A stretch of DNA of 64,000 nucleotides from an uncultured Bacteroidales bacterium (GTDB lineage Bacteria; Bacteroidota; Bacteroidia; Bacteroidales; F082), in the NCBI GenBank assembly GCA_900315175.1, contig OMYA01000011.1, positions 64-64,063 of the forward strand, in the 5' to 3' direction. This document shows, piece by piece, positions 35,106-43,960 of the stretch. Both the position numbers and the translations under genes were made by a program. Within the stretch, counting starts at the first letter, position 1. The number at the start of each line of letters is the position of its first letter. The notes under the pieces were generated by a model. It did no database searches and was not told the DNA's origin. It was given only the letters and a program-made list of their open reading frames with translations.

Positions 35106-37358
35106 ATGAAAAAGCTGAATTCTACAATTGCATTGATGATTGTTTTTGCCGTTGTGGGCGTTTTTATTGCCTTGAAGGATTACCAAAATGGCAAAAAAGA
35201 AACCGATCCTGAAGTCATTGCTATGCGCGGACTTGTTAACCGTGTGGTGCCGGAATATTCGAAACATATTGTGCTTGAAAGGATTACGGATGCCGAAAAT
35301 GACTGTTTTGAGATTGAAACCATGGGCAAGGACCTCGTGATTCGTGGCAACAACGCCAACAGCATGGCAGTGGGATTGAACCATTACCTTAAATATTATT
35401 GCAAAGCTCAGTATTCGTGGTTTGAGACAGAGAAGCTCGAGATTCCTGCGAATATGCCTCAAGTTGATAAAATAGTGCGTCTCAACGCCCGTGTTCCTGA
35501 CCGTTTCTTCTTGAATTACTGTACATTTGGCTACACTATGCCCTGGTGGAATTGGTCGCAATGGGAGCATTTCATCGACTGGATGGCGCTCAACGGCATC
35601 AACCTGCCGCTCGCCATCACCGGACAGGAGTCGGTTTGGTACGAGGTATGGCGTGATTTCGGCTTGACCGACGAGGAGATTCGCGGTTATTTCACTGGTC
35701 CGGCGCACTTGCCATGGCACCGCATGCAGAATATCGACCGTTGGGGCGGGCCGCTGCCTATGGTGTGGTTGGAGAATCAAAAAGCGTTGCAGAAACAGAT
35801 TGTGGCGCGTGAAAGAGAACTCAACATGAAACCTGTTCTGCCAGGTTTTGCCGGTCATGTGCCGCCATGCATCACACGCATCTACCCTGACGCCCCGTTG
35901 GCATCGCTCGGCGACTGGGCAGGCTTCGACAGCACCTGCTGGTGCAAGTTCCTCGACCCGCTCGACCCGCTTTACACTGAGATACAGAAGAAATTCATCG
36001 CAAAACAGACCGAGTTTTATGGCACCGACCATATCTACGGCATCGATATCTTCAATGAGCTCATCCCGCCGAGCTGGGAGCCTGAATACCTCGCTCGTGT
36101 GAGCCGTCAGGTGTACGAGTCTCTCGAGGCTGCCGACCCTGAGGCAAGATGGCTCGAGATGGCATGGCTCTTCTGGAACGAGCGCCAGTACTGGGAAGTC
36201 GACAACCGCATCGAGGCATACATCACCTCAATGCCTATCGACAGACATATCATGCTCGATTATTACTGTGAGCGTCAGCCGGTGTGGGAACGCACCAACG
36301 CATACTACGGCGTGCCTTACATCTGGTGCTATCTCGGCAACTTCGGCGGAAACTCAATGCTTGCCGGCAATCTCGACACCGTCAACGTACGCATTGAACG
36401 TGCCTTTGAAAAAGGTGGCGACAACTTCGTGGGCATCGGCTCTACACTCGAAGGCTTCGACTGCAACCCGTTCATGTATGAATACGTGTTTGAGAAGGCA
36501 TGGGACAACCCGCTCACTAAGGATGTGAAAGCATGGGTGGAATGCCTCGCCGACCAACGTGCCGGAAAATACGACGAGCACATGCGCACAGCCTGGCAGC
36601 TCCTCGCCGACAGTGTTTATAACAAAGTGTCATCACCAGGACAATGCGTGCGCATCAACCAGCGCCCAACCACTGGAAACATCAAGGAATACAGACAATA
36701 TTACATCGCACCGACGTATAAGTATAAAAATATAGTTCTGCTCGATGTTCTTGATAATCTGTTAAAATCAGATTGTGACACAAGAACACGTCACTTCGAT
36801 ATTGTGAATATCACCAGACAGCTGCTTGGCAACTATTTCAGCGATTTGTATATCGACTACGTGAACGCCTACAAAGACAATGATTTCGCTAAGATGCAGC
36901 AACTTGAGAAGACTATGGTCTCTATCCTCGACGACACCGATGCCATCCTCGCTTCGGAGAGCGCATTTCTCGTCGGGGAATGGATAAAAGACGCGAGAGC
37001 CATCGGAAATACAGAGGAAGAGAAGGATTATTTCGAGAGCAACGCACGAAACATCATCACCACTTGGGGCGAGGAAGACGCTTTGTTAAACGAATATGCC
37101 AGTCGTGCATGGGCAGGACTCACTTCCACATACTACGCCTATCGTTGGAAAGAGTTCTTTAAGGATATGGATGCTGCTTTTGCAAACGGTGAAGAATTTG
37201 ATGAGCGCGCATATCACGACCGCATCTGCAAATACGAAGGACAATGGTGGCGCGAGCGCCTTGGCACATTCTCAGCAGAACCAACAAACAACGGCGTGGC
37301 GCTGGCATTTGAGATAGCGCAAAAATATCGTGAAGAATTAGAGAAGAGATACAGATAA
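35106..37358 (+). CDS. alpha-N-acetylglucosaminidase (GH89)
   Basis: Long match to the NAGLU pattern (YCTFGYTMPWWNWSQWEHFIDWMALNGINLPLA..., ...WCYLGNFGGN...), 750 aa with signal/TM. Confidence 0.88.
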   Translation: MKKLNSTIALMIVFAVVGVFIALKDYQNGKKETDPEVIAMRGLVNRVVPEYSKHIVLERITDAENDCFEIETMGKDLVIRGNNANSMAVGLNHYLKYYCKAQYSWFETEKLEIPANMPQVDKIVRLNARVPDRFFLNYCTFGYTMPWWNWSQWEHFIDWMALNGINLPLAITGQESVWYEVWRDFGLTDEEIRGYFTGPAHLPWHRMQNIDRWGGPLPMVWLENQKALQKQIVARERELNMKPVLPGFAGHVPPCITRIYPDAPLASLGDWAGFDSTCWCKFLDPLDPLYTEIQKKFIAKQTEFYGTDHIYGIDIFNELIPPSWEPEYLARVSRQVYESLEAADPEARWLEMAWLFWNERQYWEVDNRIEAYITSMPIDRHIMLDYYCERQPVWERTNAYYGVPYIWCYLGNFGGNSMLAGNLDTVNVRIERAFEKGGDNFVGIGSTLEGFDCNPFMYEYVFEKAWDNPLTKDVKAWVECLADQRAGKYDEHMRTAWQLLADSVYNKVSSPGQCVRINQRPTTGNIKEYRQYYIAPTYKYKNIVLLDVLDNLLKSDCDTRTRHFDIVNITRQLLGNYFSDLYIDYVNAYKDNDFAKMQQLEKTMVSILDDTDAILASESAFLVGEWIKDARAIGNTEEEKDYFESNARNIITTWGEEDALLNEYASRAWAGLTSTYYAYRWKEFFKDMDAAFANGEEFDERAYHDRICKYEGQWWRERLGTFSAEPTNNGVALAFEIAQKYREELEKRYR

Positions 37359-37362
37359 TATC

Positions 37363-38538
37363 TTAAAATCTGTAGAACAACTTTCCGACAAAAGACCAGT
37401 TATACAAAATACCATGGACTTTCACGTCGGAGATGATGTCTTCTGTAAAGCCTTCGTAATGTAGGTTGGGGGCAGAAAACTTATTCTTGTTCATCGCACC
37501 CTGGCTGCTGAAATAGAAGATATTAAGCTTGAACTGAGAGGTGAAATAAAAACGGCCCCATGTCAAGCTGAGCGCCGTACTTCCGATGAGGTTGGCTGAC
37601 GGATAACACCACACGCCAGATTTTTTCAGTTCAGAAGAAATGATGTTATCTTGTTCATCAACATGTTCTACGTATGCTCTTGTCTGCATGTAGTTGACAA
37701 AGGAAATCACAGGCATGGCGGTGATGTTCCACGTAATGTTGCGTATGGTTCTGTCGTCGTTGTTGACAATATTGCGGTTCCAAAGAACTATGTTGGCCGA
37801 GTAGCCTCCACCCAATGCAAACTGTATTGTACCATACGATTCAAACAGTCCTCCCATGTCTTCCTTTGTATCGAGGTCGCTCCACAAGAAACGTCCTGCA
37901 AGCATAAAAGAACCTGATGTGTGCTTTTGGACGACATTGATGGTGTTGGTGGCTGTATAACCGAAACGTTTGCTGTTGAACACGTAATAACCGTCTAAAG
38001 TGAGGCTGCGCAGTTTTCCCAATCCGTCCGATTGTTCAATGGTATCAAGGTAGATTATATCACCTGGTTTTCCGACGGTAATATTACTTACAATGTAGTT
38101 TGAAAGACCATTATAGCTGATTCGCGCGCCCCATCTGAGGTTTGACAAGCCAAATGATAACGATCTCTTGTATTTTGCGCTTTTTTGGCCTATTTCCACA
38201 CTGTAACCGAAACTCACGCTGCCGTATCCTGCCTCAAAACCCACTTTTTTACATAATCTTTCGCCAAGATAACTTGTTGCTTCCGCAGGTATCCTGATGC
38301 CGATATCTTCGGTGACGAAATTCAGATTAAAATCAGAATAAGCAAAAAAACCAACCATCTGAGCCTTGCTGACAATAGCAAAACAAAAACGGGCCGGGAG
38401 TTGGTAAATGCGGGTTGTGTCGATATTTTCAGGCTTGTCGATAAAAGCTTTGCCTTTTTCAATATAATTGCCAAGACGCTGGGCATGACACAAAAAGACT
38501 GAGAATAACAAAATAGTAAGTAAAATAGTTTTCTTCAT
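37363..38538 (-). CDS. putative outer-membrane beta-barrel protein, function unknown
   Basis: Start set at MKKTILLTILLFSVFLCHAQ (ATG 38538); alternating strand pattern; C-terminal FYRF. Confidence 0.45.
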   Translation of the reverse strand: MKKTILLTILLFSVFLCHAQRLGNYIEKGKAFIDKPENIDTTRIYQLPARFCFAIVSKAQMVGFFAYSDFNLNFVTEDIGIRIPAEATSYLGERLCKKVGFEAGYGSVSFGYSVEIGQKSAKYKRSLSFGLSNLRWGARISYNGLSNYIVSNITVGKPGDIIYLDTIEQSDGLGKLRSLTLDGYYVFNSKRFGYTATNTINVVQKHTSGSFMLAGRFLWSDLDTKEDMGGLFESYGTIQFALGGGYSANIVLWNRNIVNNDDRTIRNITWNITAMPVISFVNYMQTRAYVEHVDEQDNIISSELKKSGVWCYPSANLIGSTALSLTWGRFYFTSQFKLNIFYFSSQGAMNKNKFSAPNLHYEGFTEDIISDVKVHGILYNWSFVGKLFYRF

Positions 38539-38556
38539 TAGAACCGAAATTTTCGG

Positions 38557-38564
38557 CAAAATTA
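38557..38564 (-). promoter_or_regulatory. -7 promoter motif TAnnTTTG
   Basis: TAATTTTG on minus strand, 18 nt before ATG 38538. Confidence 0.45.
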
Positions 38565-38626
38565 GTGAAAATAATATAAATGACAAAAAAACTTAGGCTC
38601 TAAAATCCAAAATCCAAACTTTTTTG

Positions 38627-38634
38627 TATTTTTG
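38627..38634 (+). promoter_or_regulatory. -7 promoter motif TAnnTTTG
   Basis: TATTTTTG, 19 nt before ATG 38654. Confidence 0.5.
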
Positions 38635-38653
38635 CATCGAAATAATTCGAATT

Positions 38654-38923
38654 ATGAAAAAATTTGGTCGTACAATTTGGATCGGGGTCCTTGCGGGACT
38701 GGCATTTTTAGGTGCTTGCGCCACACACAAAGGCTTGACAAAGTCGGAGAGGGCGCAGCTCGTAAAGGAACGTGACTCCATCCAGGAAATCTTGAAGAGA
38801 CGCGAAGGCGCTGCAGTTTATGGCTCACCTGAAGTTATCCAGGCTTTCGGTGCTGAGACACGACGACTCCGTCACCAACTCGATTCTATCAACAACATTT
38901 TAGGCGAAAATGAGCCTAAATAA
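38654..38923 (+). CDS. small lipoprotein (89 aa) paired with the radical SAM/SPASM enzyme
   Basis: MKKFGRTIWIGVLAGLAFLGAC lipobox; the mature part has no Cys and is charged and helical-looking; start set at ATG 38654. Confidence 0.7.
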   Translation: MKKFGRTIWIGVLAGLAFLGACATHKGLTKSERAQLVKERDSIQEILKRREGAAVYGSPEVIQAFGAETRRLRHQLDSINNILGENEPK

Positions 38924-40016
38924 AGACAGACTCGGGTTTTATAAAAAAATAATGCTCGAACTGAACCGCGCCGTGTTGAAACAGCGGGTCGACGAGCATG
39001 AATTACACCAGCTTTTTTGGGAATGTACATTGAGGTGTAACCTCAACTGCCGCCATTGTGGCAGCGACTGCCGCATGCTCTCGGAGCAGAACGACATGCC
39101 TCTCGACGATTTTCTTAAAGTTTTAGACGAGATAAAACAGCATCAGGACCCATCGAAGGTGATGGTCATCACCACGGGAGGCGAGCCTTTGATGCGCCGC
39201 GACCTCGCTCAATGCGGACTCGAGATATCGAAACGCGGCTTCGTGTGGGGCATGGTGACCAACGGCATGCTGCTAACACCCGAAAGACTCGACGAATTTG
39301 TTGAAAACGGACTGAAATCCATAGCCGTGAGCTTCGACGGATTTGAGGAAGACCACAACTGGATGCGAGGCAACCCTCAGAGCTATAAAAACGTGCTCGT
39401 GGCGGTGGAGGCACTGAAACAGCATCCTGAATTGACATGGGATGTGATAACTTGCGTCAACCAACGAACCATAAAATATCTGCCAGAATTTAGAGATTTC
39501 CTTATTTCTTTAGGTATTAAGAGATGGCGGTTGTTTACTGTTTTCCCTTTCGGAAGAGCGGCCGGTGACCCTGATTTGCAGTTAAGCAACGAACAGTTTG
39601 TGGAGATGCTTGAGTTTATCAAGCAGACTCGTCTCGATGGCAGGATCCGTGCCGACTACGGCTGCGACGGCTTCCTCGGCAGGTTCGAAGGCGAGGTGCG
39701 AAACCATTATTACTCATGCAGCGCAGGAATCAATATCGCTTCTATCCTTGCTGACGGCTCCATCTCGGGCTGCTTGAGTATTCGCAGCGACTACCATCAG
39801 GGAAACATATACCAAGACAGCTTCTGGGATGTCTGGCAAAACCGATTTGAACAGTATCGTGACCGTAAATGGATGAAAACAGGCGACTGCGCCCATTGCA
39901 AGATGTGGCGCTATTGTCTCGGCAACGGCATGCATCTCAGGGATGGCGACGGGAAGTTGCAGGTATGTCAGTATAAAAAAATTATCATGGACAACAATTC
40001 TTTGGAGAATGTCTAA
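38910..40016 (+). CDS. radical SAM/SPASM-domain protein
   Basis: CNLNCRHC (CxxxCxxC) cluster motif, GGEPL, C-terminal Cys-rich CSAG...GC...GNIY...CAHCKMWRYC. The 38910 ATG overlaps the lipoprotein gene by 14 nt; alternative ATG at 38952. Confidence 0.85.
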   Translation: MSLNKDRLGFYKKIMLELNRAVLKQRVDEHELHQLFWECTLRCNLNCRHCGSDCRMLSEQNDMPLDDFLKVLDEIKQHQDPSKVMVITTGGEPLMRRDLAQCGLEISKRGFVWGMVTNGMLLTPERLDEFVENGLKSIAVSFDGFEEDHNWMRGNPQSYKNVLVAVEALKQHPELTWDVITCVNQRTIKYLPEFRDFLISLGIKRWRLFTVFPFGRAAGDPDLQLSNEQFVEMLEFIKQTRLDGRIRADYGCDGFLGRFEGEVRNHYYSCSAGINIASILADGSISGCLSIRSDYHQGNIYQDSFWDVWQNRFEQYRDRKWMKTGDCAHCKMWRYCLGNGMHLRDGDGKLQVCQYKKIIMDNNSLENV

Positions 40017-40050
40017 TCGATTGATTTTCAAAATTGATTAGACATTTTTC
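40009..40050 (+). terminator. rho-independent terminator
   Basis: atgtctaatcgatt-N9-aattgattagacat (13 of 14 bp stem) followed by a TTTTTCTTTTT tract; overlaps the rSAM stop codon. Confidence 0.7.
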
Positions 40051-40114
40051 TTTTTATCACATGGACATACGCCTTTTTAGGCCTTCATATGTCTTGACAA
40101 AGTAAAATTTTATT

Positions 40115-40122
40115 TACTTTTG
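40115..40122 (+). promoter_or_regulatory. -7 promoter motif TAnnTTTG
   Basis: TACTTTTG, 6 nt before ATG 40129 (leaderless-like). Confidence 0.45.
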
Positions 40123-40128
40123 CATCGC

Positions 40129-41493
40129 ATGAAAGTTAAATTAACATACTTAATCCTGTTTGCGGTTGCATTGTGCATTATGATTTCGTGCGACAACCAA
40201 TACAAACGACAGAAAAAAGCGCAGCACCTTTATGAAGAAGGTGTGAAACTGCGTTCACAACGGCTATCAGAAGAGGCTACAAAATGTTTCCTCGAGGCAT
40301 TATCATTGATGGATAATGCAGAGACGCACGACCGTGCGTCTTTACAATTGCGCGCACAAATCAAAGACAACCTCGGCGCGATGTACAACAAACACCAGAT
40401 GTATGAGGATGCCTTGAAGATGCATCTCTCAGCTGTTGATGACTATAAACTGGTTCACGATTCCGTCGGGCTGATGACGGCCTGGCGCAATAGCGGTCGT
40501 GCCGCTAAATCGCTCGGATGGTATGCTCAGACTAAACAATTTTACGACAACGCTTTCCAAATCGCCACCTTATTAAATAACAATGCTATGATCAACGATC
40601 TCTATCTCGAAATTGGGCGCGATTATTATATGGAAATCGAGGATTACCCCCAAGCCATTGATTTTGTTAGCAAAGCCATTGATGGCGGCTTACATGGCAA
40701 CGATTTGGATGTCGCCAACATGACCCTTGGCATTCTTTATTATTACATCGATGAAAACGACAAGGCTAAACCATATCTCGAAAAGGCATTGCAAAGCGAA
40801 AGAGCTGGGGTGAGGATGTCGGTCTATCAAACGCTCTACGGCATCGCGCTTAACGAGGAAAACCTTGAGATGGCGATGGATTATGAGCAACTTTTCCTTG
40901 AAAACATGGCGCTTGCCGAGAAAGAACATAACAACGAAAACATCCAACGCATAAAATCGGAGTCGGAGTTAAAATCGCAGAAGACCCAGCTCGAGACCAT
41001 GCATCGCACCAAGAGCTTAAGACTCTATCTGATTATCGCTGTCACCTTGGCGGGAAGTCTTACTATATTGTTGGTCGTCAGGAAAAAGATGACTGACAGC
41101 AAGATCAAATCACTTGAAAAAGAGCTTCAAATGCGCGACAAGGTGATGCTGAGTAGCAGAGTGTTTGTCACTGCAAAGAAACTCGGTGAGCACCTCACTG
41201 CCGACGCGCTCAATTTCGACCTTAGTGATGCAGATTGGGATGACTTCATCAGCATGACCGACTTGGTTTACGACGGCTTCTCGAAGCGGTTGCTTGCAAG
41301 GTTTCCGAAACTCACAAGAAACGACTTGCGCATCTGCTGCCTCGCAAAAAACGGCTTCTCTAACCAGGTGATTTCGATTTTGCTGGAAACACAGCTCGAA
41401 TCATACTACAAACGCAAGATGCGCATCAAGCAGACGAAAATGGAACTTGCCGAGGATGCGAGGACTTTTGAAGAGATTATTAATACCATTTAA
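40129..41493 (+). CDS. lipoprotein-anchored TPR protein with one TM and a C-terminal LuxR-like HTH (one-component transmembrane regulator)
   Basis: LCIMISC lipobox; TPR-like helical repeats; TM LRLYLIIAVTLAGSLTILLVV; C-terminus LTRNDLRICCLAKNGFSNQVISILL. Confidence 0.6.
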   Translation: MKVKLTYLILFAVALCIMISCDNQYKRQKKAQHLYEEGVKLRSQRLSEEATKCFLEALSLMDNAETHDRASLQLRAQIKDNLGAMYNKHQMYEDALKMHLSAVDDYKLVHDSVGLMTAWRNSGRAAKSLGWYAQTKQFYDNAFQIATLLNNNAMINDLYLEIGRDYYMEIEDYPQAIDFVSKAIDGGLHGNDLDVANMTLGILYYYIDENDKAKPYLEKALQSERAGVRMSVYQTLYGIALNEENLEMAMDYEQLFLENMALAEKEHNNENIQRIKSESELKSQKTQLETMHRTKSLRLYLIIAVTLAGSLTILLVVRKKMTDSKIKSLEKELQMRDKVMLSSRVFVTAKKLGEHLTADALNFDLSDADWDDFISMTDLVYDGFSKRLLARFPKLTRNDLRICCLAKNGFSNQVISILLETQLESYYKRKMRIKQTKMELAEDARTFEEIINTI

Positions 41494-41497
41494 TACT

Positions 41498-42388
41498 ATG
41501 AAATACACAACAAAGCTTTTAATTATCATCTTGTCTTTATTTTTAGTGACGTTTATCTGCTGCAAGAAAACAAAGAATAACGTCGAACCGCATAATCCAG
41601 CTCTGGATTTCACTGTCGACAGCTTGAACTATCGTGTCAACAATGACGGCACAACGGTGACGGTCACCGGACACGTAGGCGGACAGTTTGCTTACGACGA
41701 GCTGCATATTCCGGACACGGTGTCGTATAATGGCAAAAACTACACTGTTACTGCCATCGGTAACAAGGCGTTTTATTATTGCCAGTCACTCTACGGTCCT
41801 CTGAACCTGCCAAGTACTATTACCAAAATTGGTGACAGCGCATTCTATATTTGTAATTTCACTGGTGGTTTGAACTTGCCGAGTTCTCTCAAATATATCG
41901 GTGATGCCGCATTCTATTATTGTCTGGGCTTTACCGGACCGTTATACATACCTGATTCCGTCACTTATTTGGGCGCAAGAGCCTTTATGGGGTGCAATTG
42001 GTTTGACGGCACTTTGCATATTTCAAGAAACATCACTGCAATACAAACCGGCACATTTGCCTATTGCTTTTATTTAATGGGCACTTTATACATTCCAAAG
42101 TCGGTGACTGAAATAGGTGATAATGCTTTTTGGGGCTGTTCTTTGTTTACCAGTTATTTGGAAATACCGGAATCAGTCACCTATATCGGTGAAAGCGCTT
42201 TCACTTATTGCACAGGGTTTTCCAAAGTCATATCCCTTGCCACCGAACCACCGACATTAAGGCGTGATGCGTTCCCGTCCGATGTCTACACAACACTCAC
42301 GGTTCCATGCAATAGCACATATCAGTATCAGCATTCACCTTGGTATCTGTTTTTTGACATAATAATTGAAGATTGCGATAAAAATTAA
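41498..42388 (+). CDS. BspA-type leucine-rich-repeat (LRR_5) lipoprotein
   Basis: Lipobox VTFICC; repeats of roughly 23 aa such as IGDSAFYICNFTGGLNLPSSLKYIGDAAFYYCLGFTGPLYIPDSVTYLGARAF. Confidence 0.8.
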   Translation: MKYTTKLLIIILSLFLVTFICCKKTKNNVEPHNPALDFTVDSLNYRVNNDGTTVTVTGHVGGQFAYDELHIPDTVSYNGKNYTVTAIGNKAFYYCQSLYGPLNLPSTITKIGDSAFYICNFTGGLNLPSSLKYIGDAAFYYCLGFTGPLYIPDSVTYLGARAFMGCNWFDGTLHISRNITAIQTGTFAYCFYLMGTLYIPKSVTEIGDNAFWGCSLFTSYLEIPESVTYIGESAFTYCTGFSKVISLATEPPTLRRDAFPSDVYTTLTVPCNSTYQYQHSPWYLFFDIIIEDCDKN

Positions 42389-42400
42389 CCATTATATACT

Positions 42401-43945
42401 ATGAAGACAAATAATTCTATCAGATTTTTAATTATAAACGCGGCATTTTTGTTGTTATCCATTATTTTCATTACAAGTTGCAAAAAAGACAAAATCGACA
42501 ATGGTTCTGGCAATGATCCTATTCCCGACGAGCCAGGCGTCGCCATCACCAATCCGCTTTGTTTTACAGCCGAAGAAGGCAGGGTCGCAATAGAGATTTG
42601 GGTACGCGAAGGTTATGAAACATCTTTTGATTTTGAGTATAGTTATGACAATGTCAAGTGGAACACTTTTATTCCTGATTATACAATTGTTGTTTTGGCT
42701 GAGGCTGGCGAAAAGGTTTATTTCAGAGGCCATAACCCTCTGGGACTCAGTCCGAACCATAATGTTTTTGATGAAGAGTATTTCTATTTTATTGGTCCAT
42801 GTGCAAGATTTGTGACAAATGACAAAGCCGTGGCTTTAAGCGGAAATGTTATGTCGTTGATTGACACGGTTTACAGGGCAAATAAGCCTCTGCCAACAAG
42901 CTGTTTTGCCGGTCTGTTTGAATATACATCGGTAACATCCGCCCCCGAGCTGCCTGCCACATTATTAAGCGAATTTTGTTATACGCACATGTTTTTTTGC
43001 ACAAATCTTGCATCAGCTCCAGAGTTGCCGGCAATGGTTTTAAAAAAGCGTTGTTATTCTGATATGTTCTACGGATGTGATAATCTGGCAGAAGCTCCTG
43101 AACTGCCCGCAACCATTTTGGCTGACTGGTGTTATGCATACATGTTTGGCTCTTGTTCTGGTATCACGACAGCTCCTGAACTGCCAGCGACCACTATGAA
43201 AGAGTGCTGTTATTTGGGTATGTTTGACGGCTGTGCAGGTCTCGAAACGGTCCCCGAACTGCCTGCAACCACTTTAGCTAAGTGTTGTTATGACAATATG
43301 TTTCATAGCTGTAGGTTTGAAACGGCTCCGCAGCTTCCTGCCACTACTTTGGCAAGCGGATGTTATGAAGGCATGTTTATGAACTGTAAAAATCTTGCAA
43401 CAGCTCCCGAGTTGCCAGCAACTAATTTGACAGATTACTGTTATGCGGGTATGTTCGCATTATGTGATAGTATTACTGAAGCTCCTGAACTGCCGGCGAC
43501 AACTCTTGCCTCTTATTGCTATGCATGCATGTTCAGCGATTGTCGTTATATCACCACACCACCTGCGCTTCCGGCTACTGACTTGGCTGATCATTGCTAC
43601 AGCTATATGTTCCAGTCGTGTTATAACATGACAACTGTTCCCGAACTGCCCGCTATGACCTTGGCTCCTTATTGCTACGAAGGGATGTTTAATTTGTGTG
43701 GCGGAATTGCCACGACTCCAGAACTTCCAGCAACTACTTTGGTTGAAGGCTGTTATAACGATATGTTTCACAGCTGCAATAGTCTGAACAGTGTCAGAGT
43801 TCATTTCACCGAATGGCGTGATGACGCGACAAACTGGTGGTTTGGCCAAAATGCAAACTATGGCACGTTTTATTGCCCAAGCTCGCTATCTCAAGAATTC
43901 GGGTATAATAGAATTCCAACAAATTGGACCGTTGAGACTTTCTGA
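42401..43945 (+). CDS. lipoprotein with eleven 25-26-aa PELPAT..L...CY..MF..C repeats (LRR-variant/DUF285-like)
   Basis: Lipobox FITSC; repeats such as SAPELPATLLSEFCYTHMFFCTNLA and EAPELPATTLASYCYACMFSDCRYIT. Confidence 0.7.
   Translation: MKTNNSIRFLIINAAFLLLSIIFITSCKKDKIDNGSGNDPIPDEPGVAITNPLCFTAEEGRVAIEIWVREGYETSFDFEYSYDNVKWNTFIPDYTIVVLAEAGEKVYFRGHNPLGLSPNHNVFDEEYFYFIGPCARFVTNDKAVALSGNVMSLIDTVYRANKPLPTSCFAGLFEYTSVTSAPELPATLLSEFCYTHMFFCTNLASAPELPAMVLKKRCYSDMFYGCDNLAEAPELPATILADWCYAYMFGSCSGITTAPELPATTMKECCYLGMFDGCAGLETVPELPATTLAKCCYDNMFHSCRFETAPQLPATTLASGCYEGMFMNCKNLATAPELPATNLTDYCYAGMFALCDSITEAPELPATTLASYCYACMFSDCRYITTPPALPATDLADHCYSYMFQSCYNMTTVPELPAMTLAPYCYEGMFNLCGGIATTPELPATTLVEGCYNDMFHSCNSLNSVRVHFTEWRDDATNWWFGQNANYGTFYCPSSLSQEFGYNRIPTNWTVETF
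42884..43801 (+). repeat. in-gene tandem repeat, about 75-78 bp x 11-12
   Basis: Recurrent gc(t/c)cc(t/c)ga(a/g)ctgcc(n)gc(a/g)ac cores every 75-78 nt. Confidence 0.85.
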
Positions 43946-43960
43946 AACAACTTATAAAAC

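Noticed and set aside
35055-36032. 325-aa ORF antisense to the GH89 gene
   Set aside because: It overlaps a much longer ORF that has clear GH89 motifs. It has no recognisable motif and an Arg/His/Val-rich composition typical of an antisense frame in GC-richer coding DNA.
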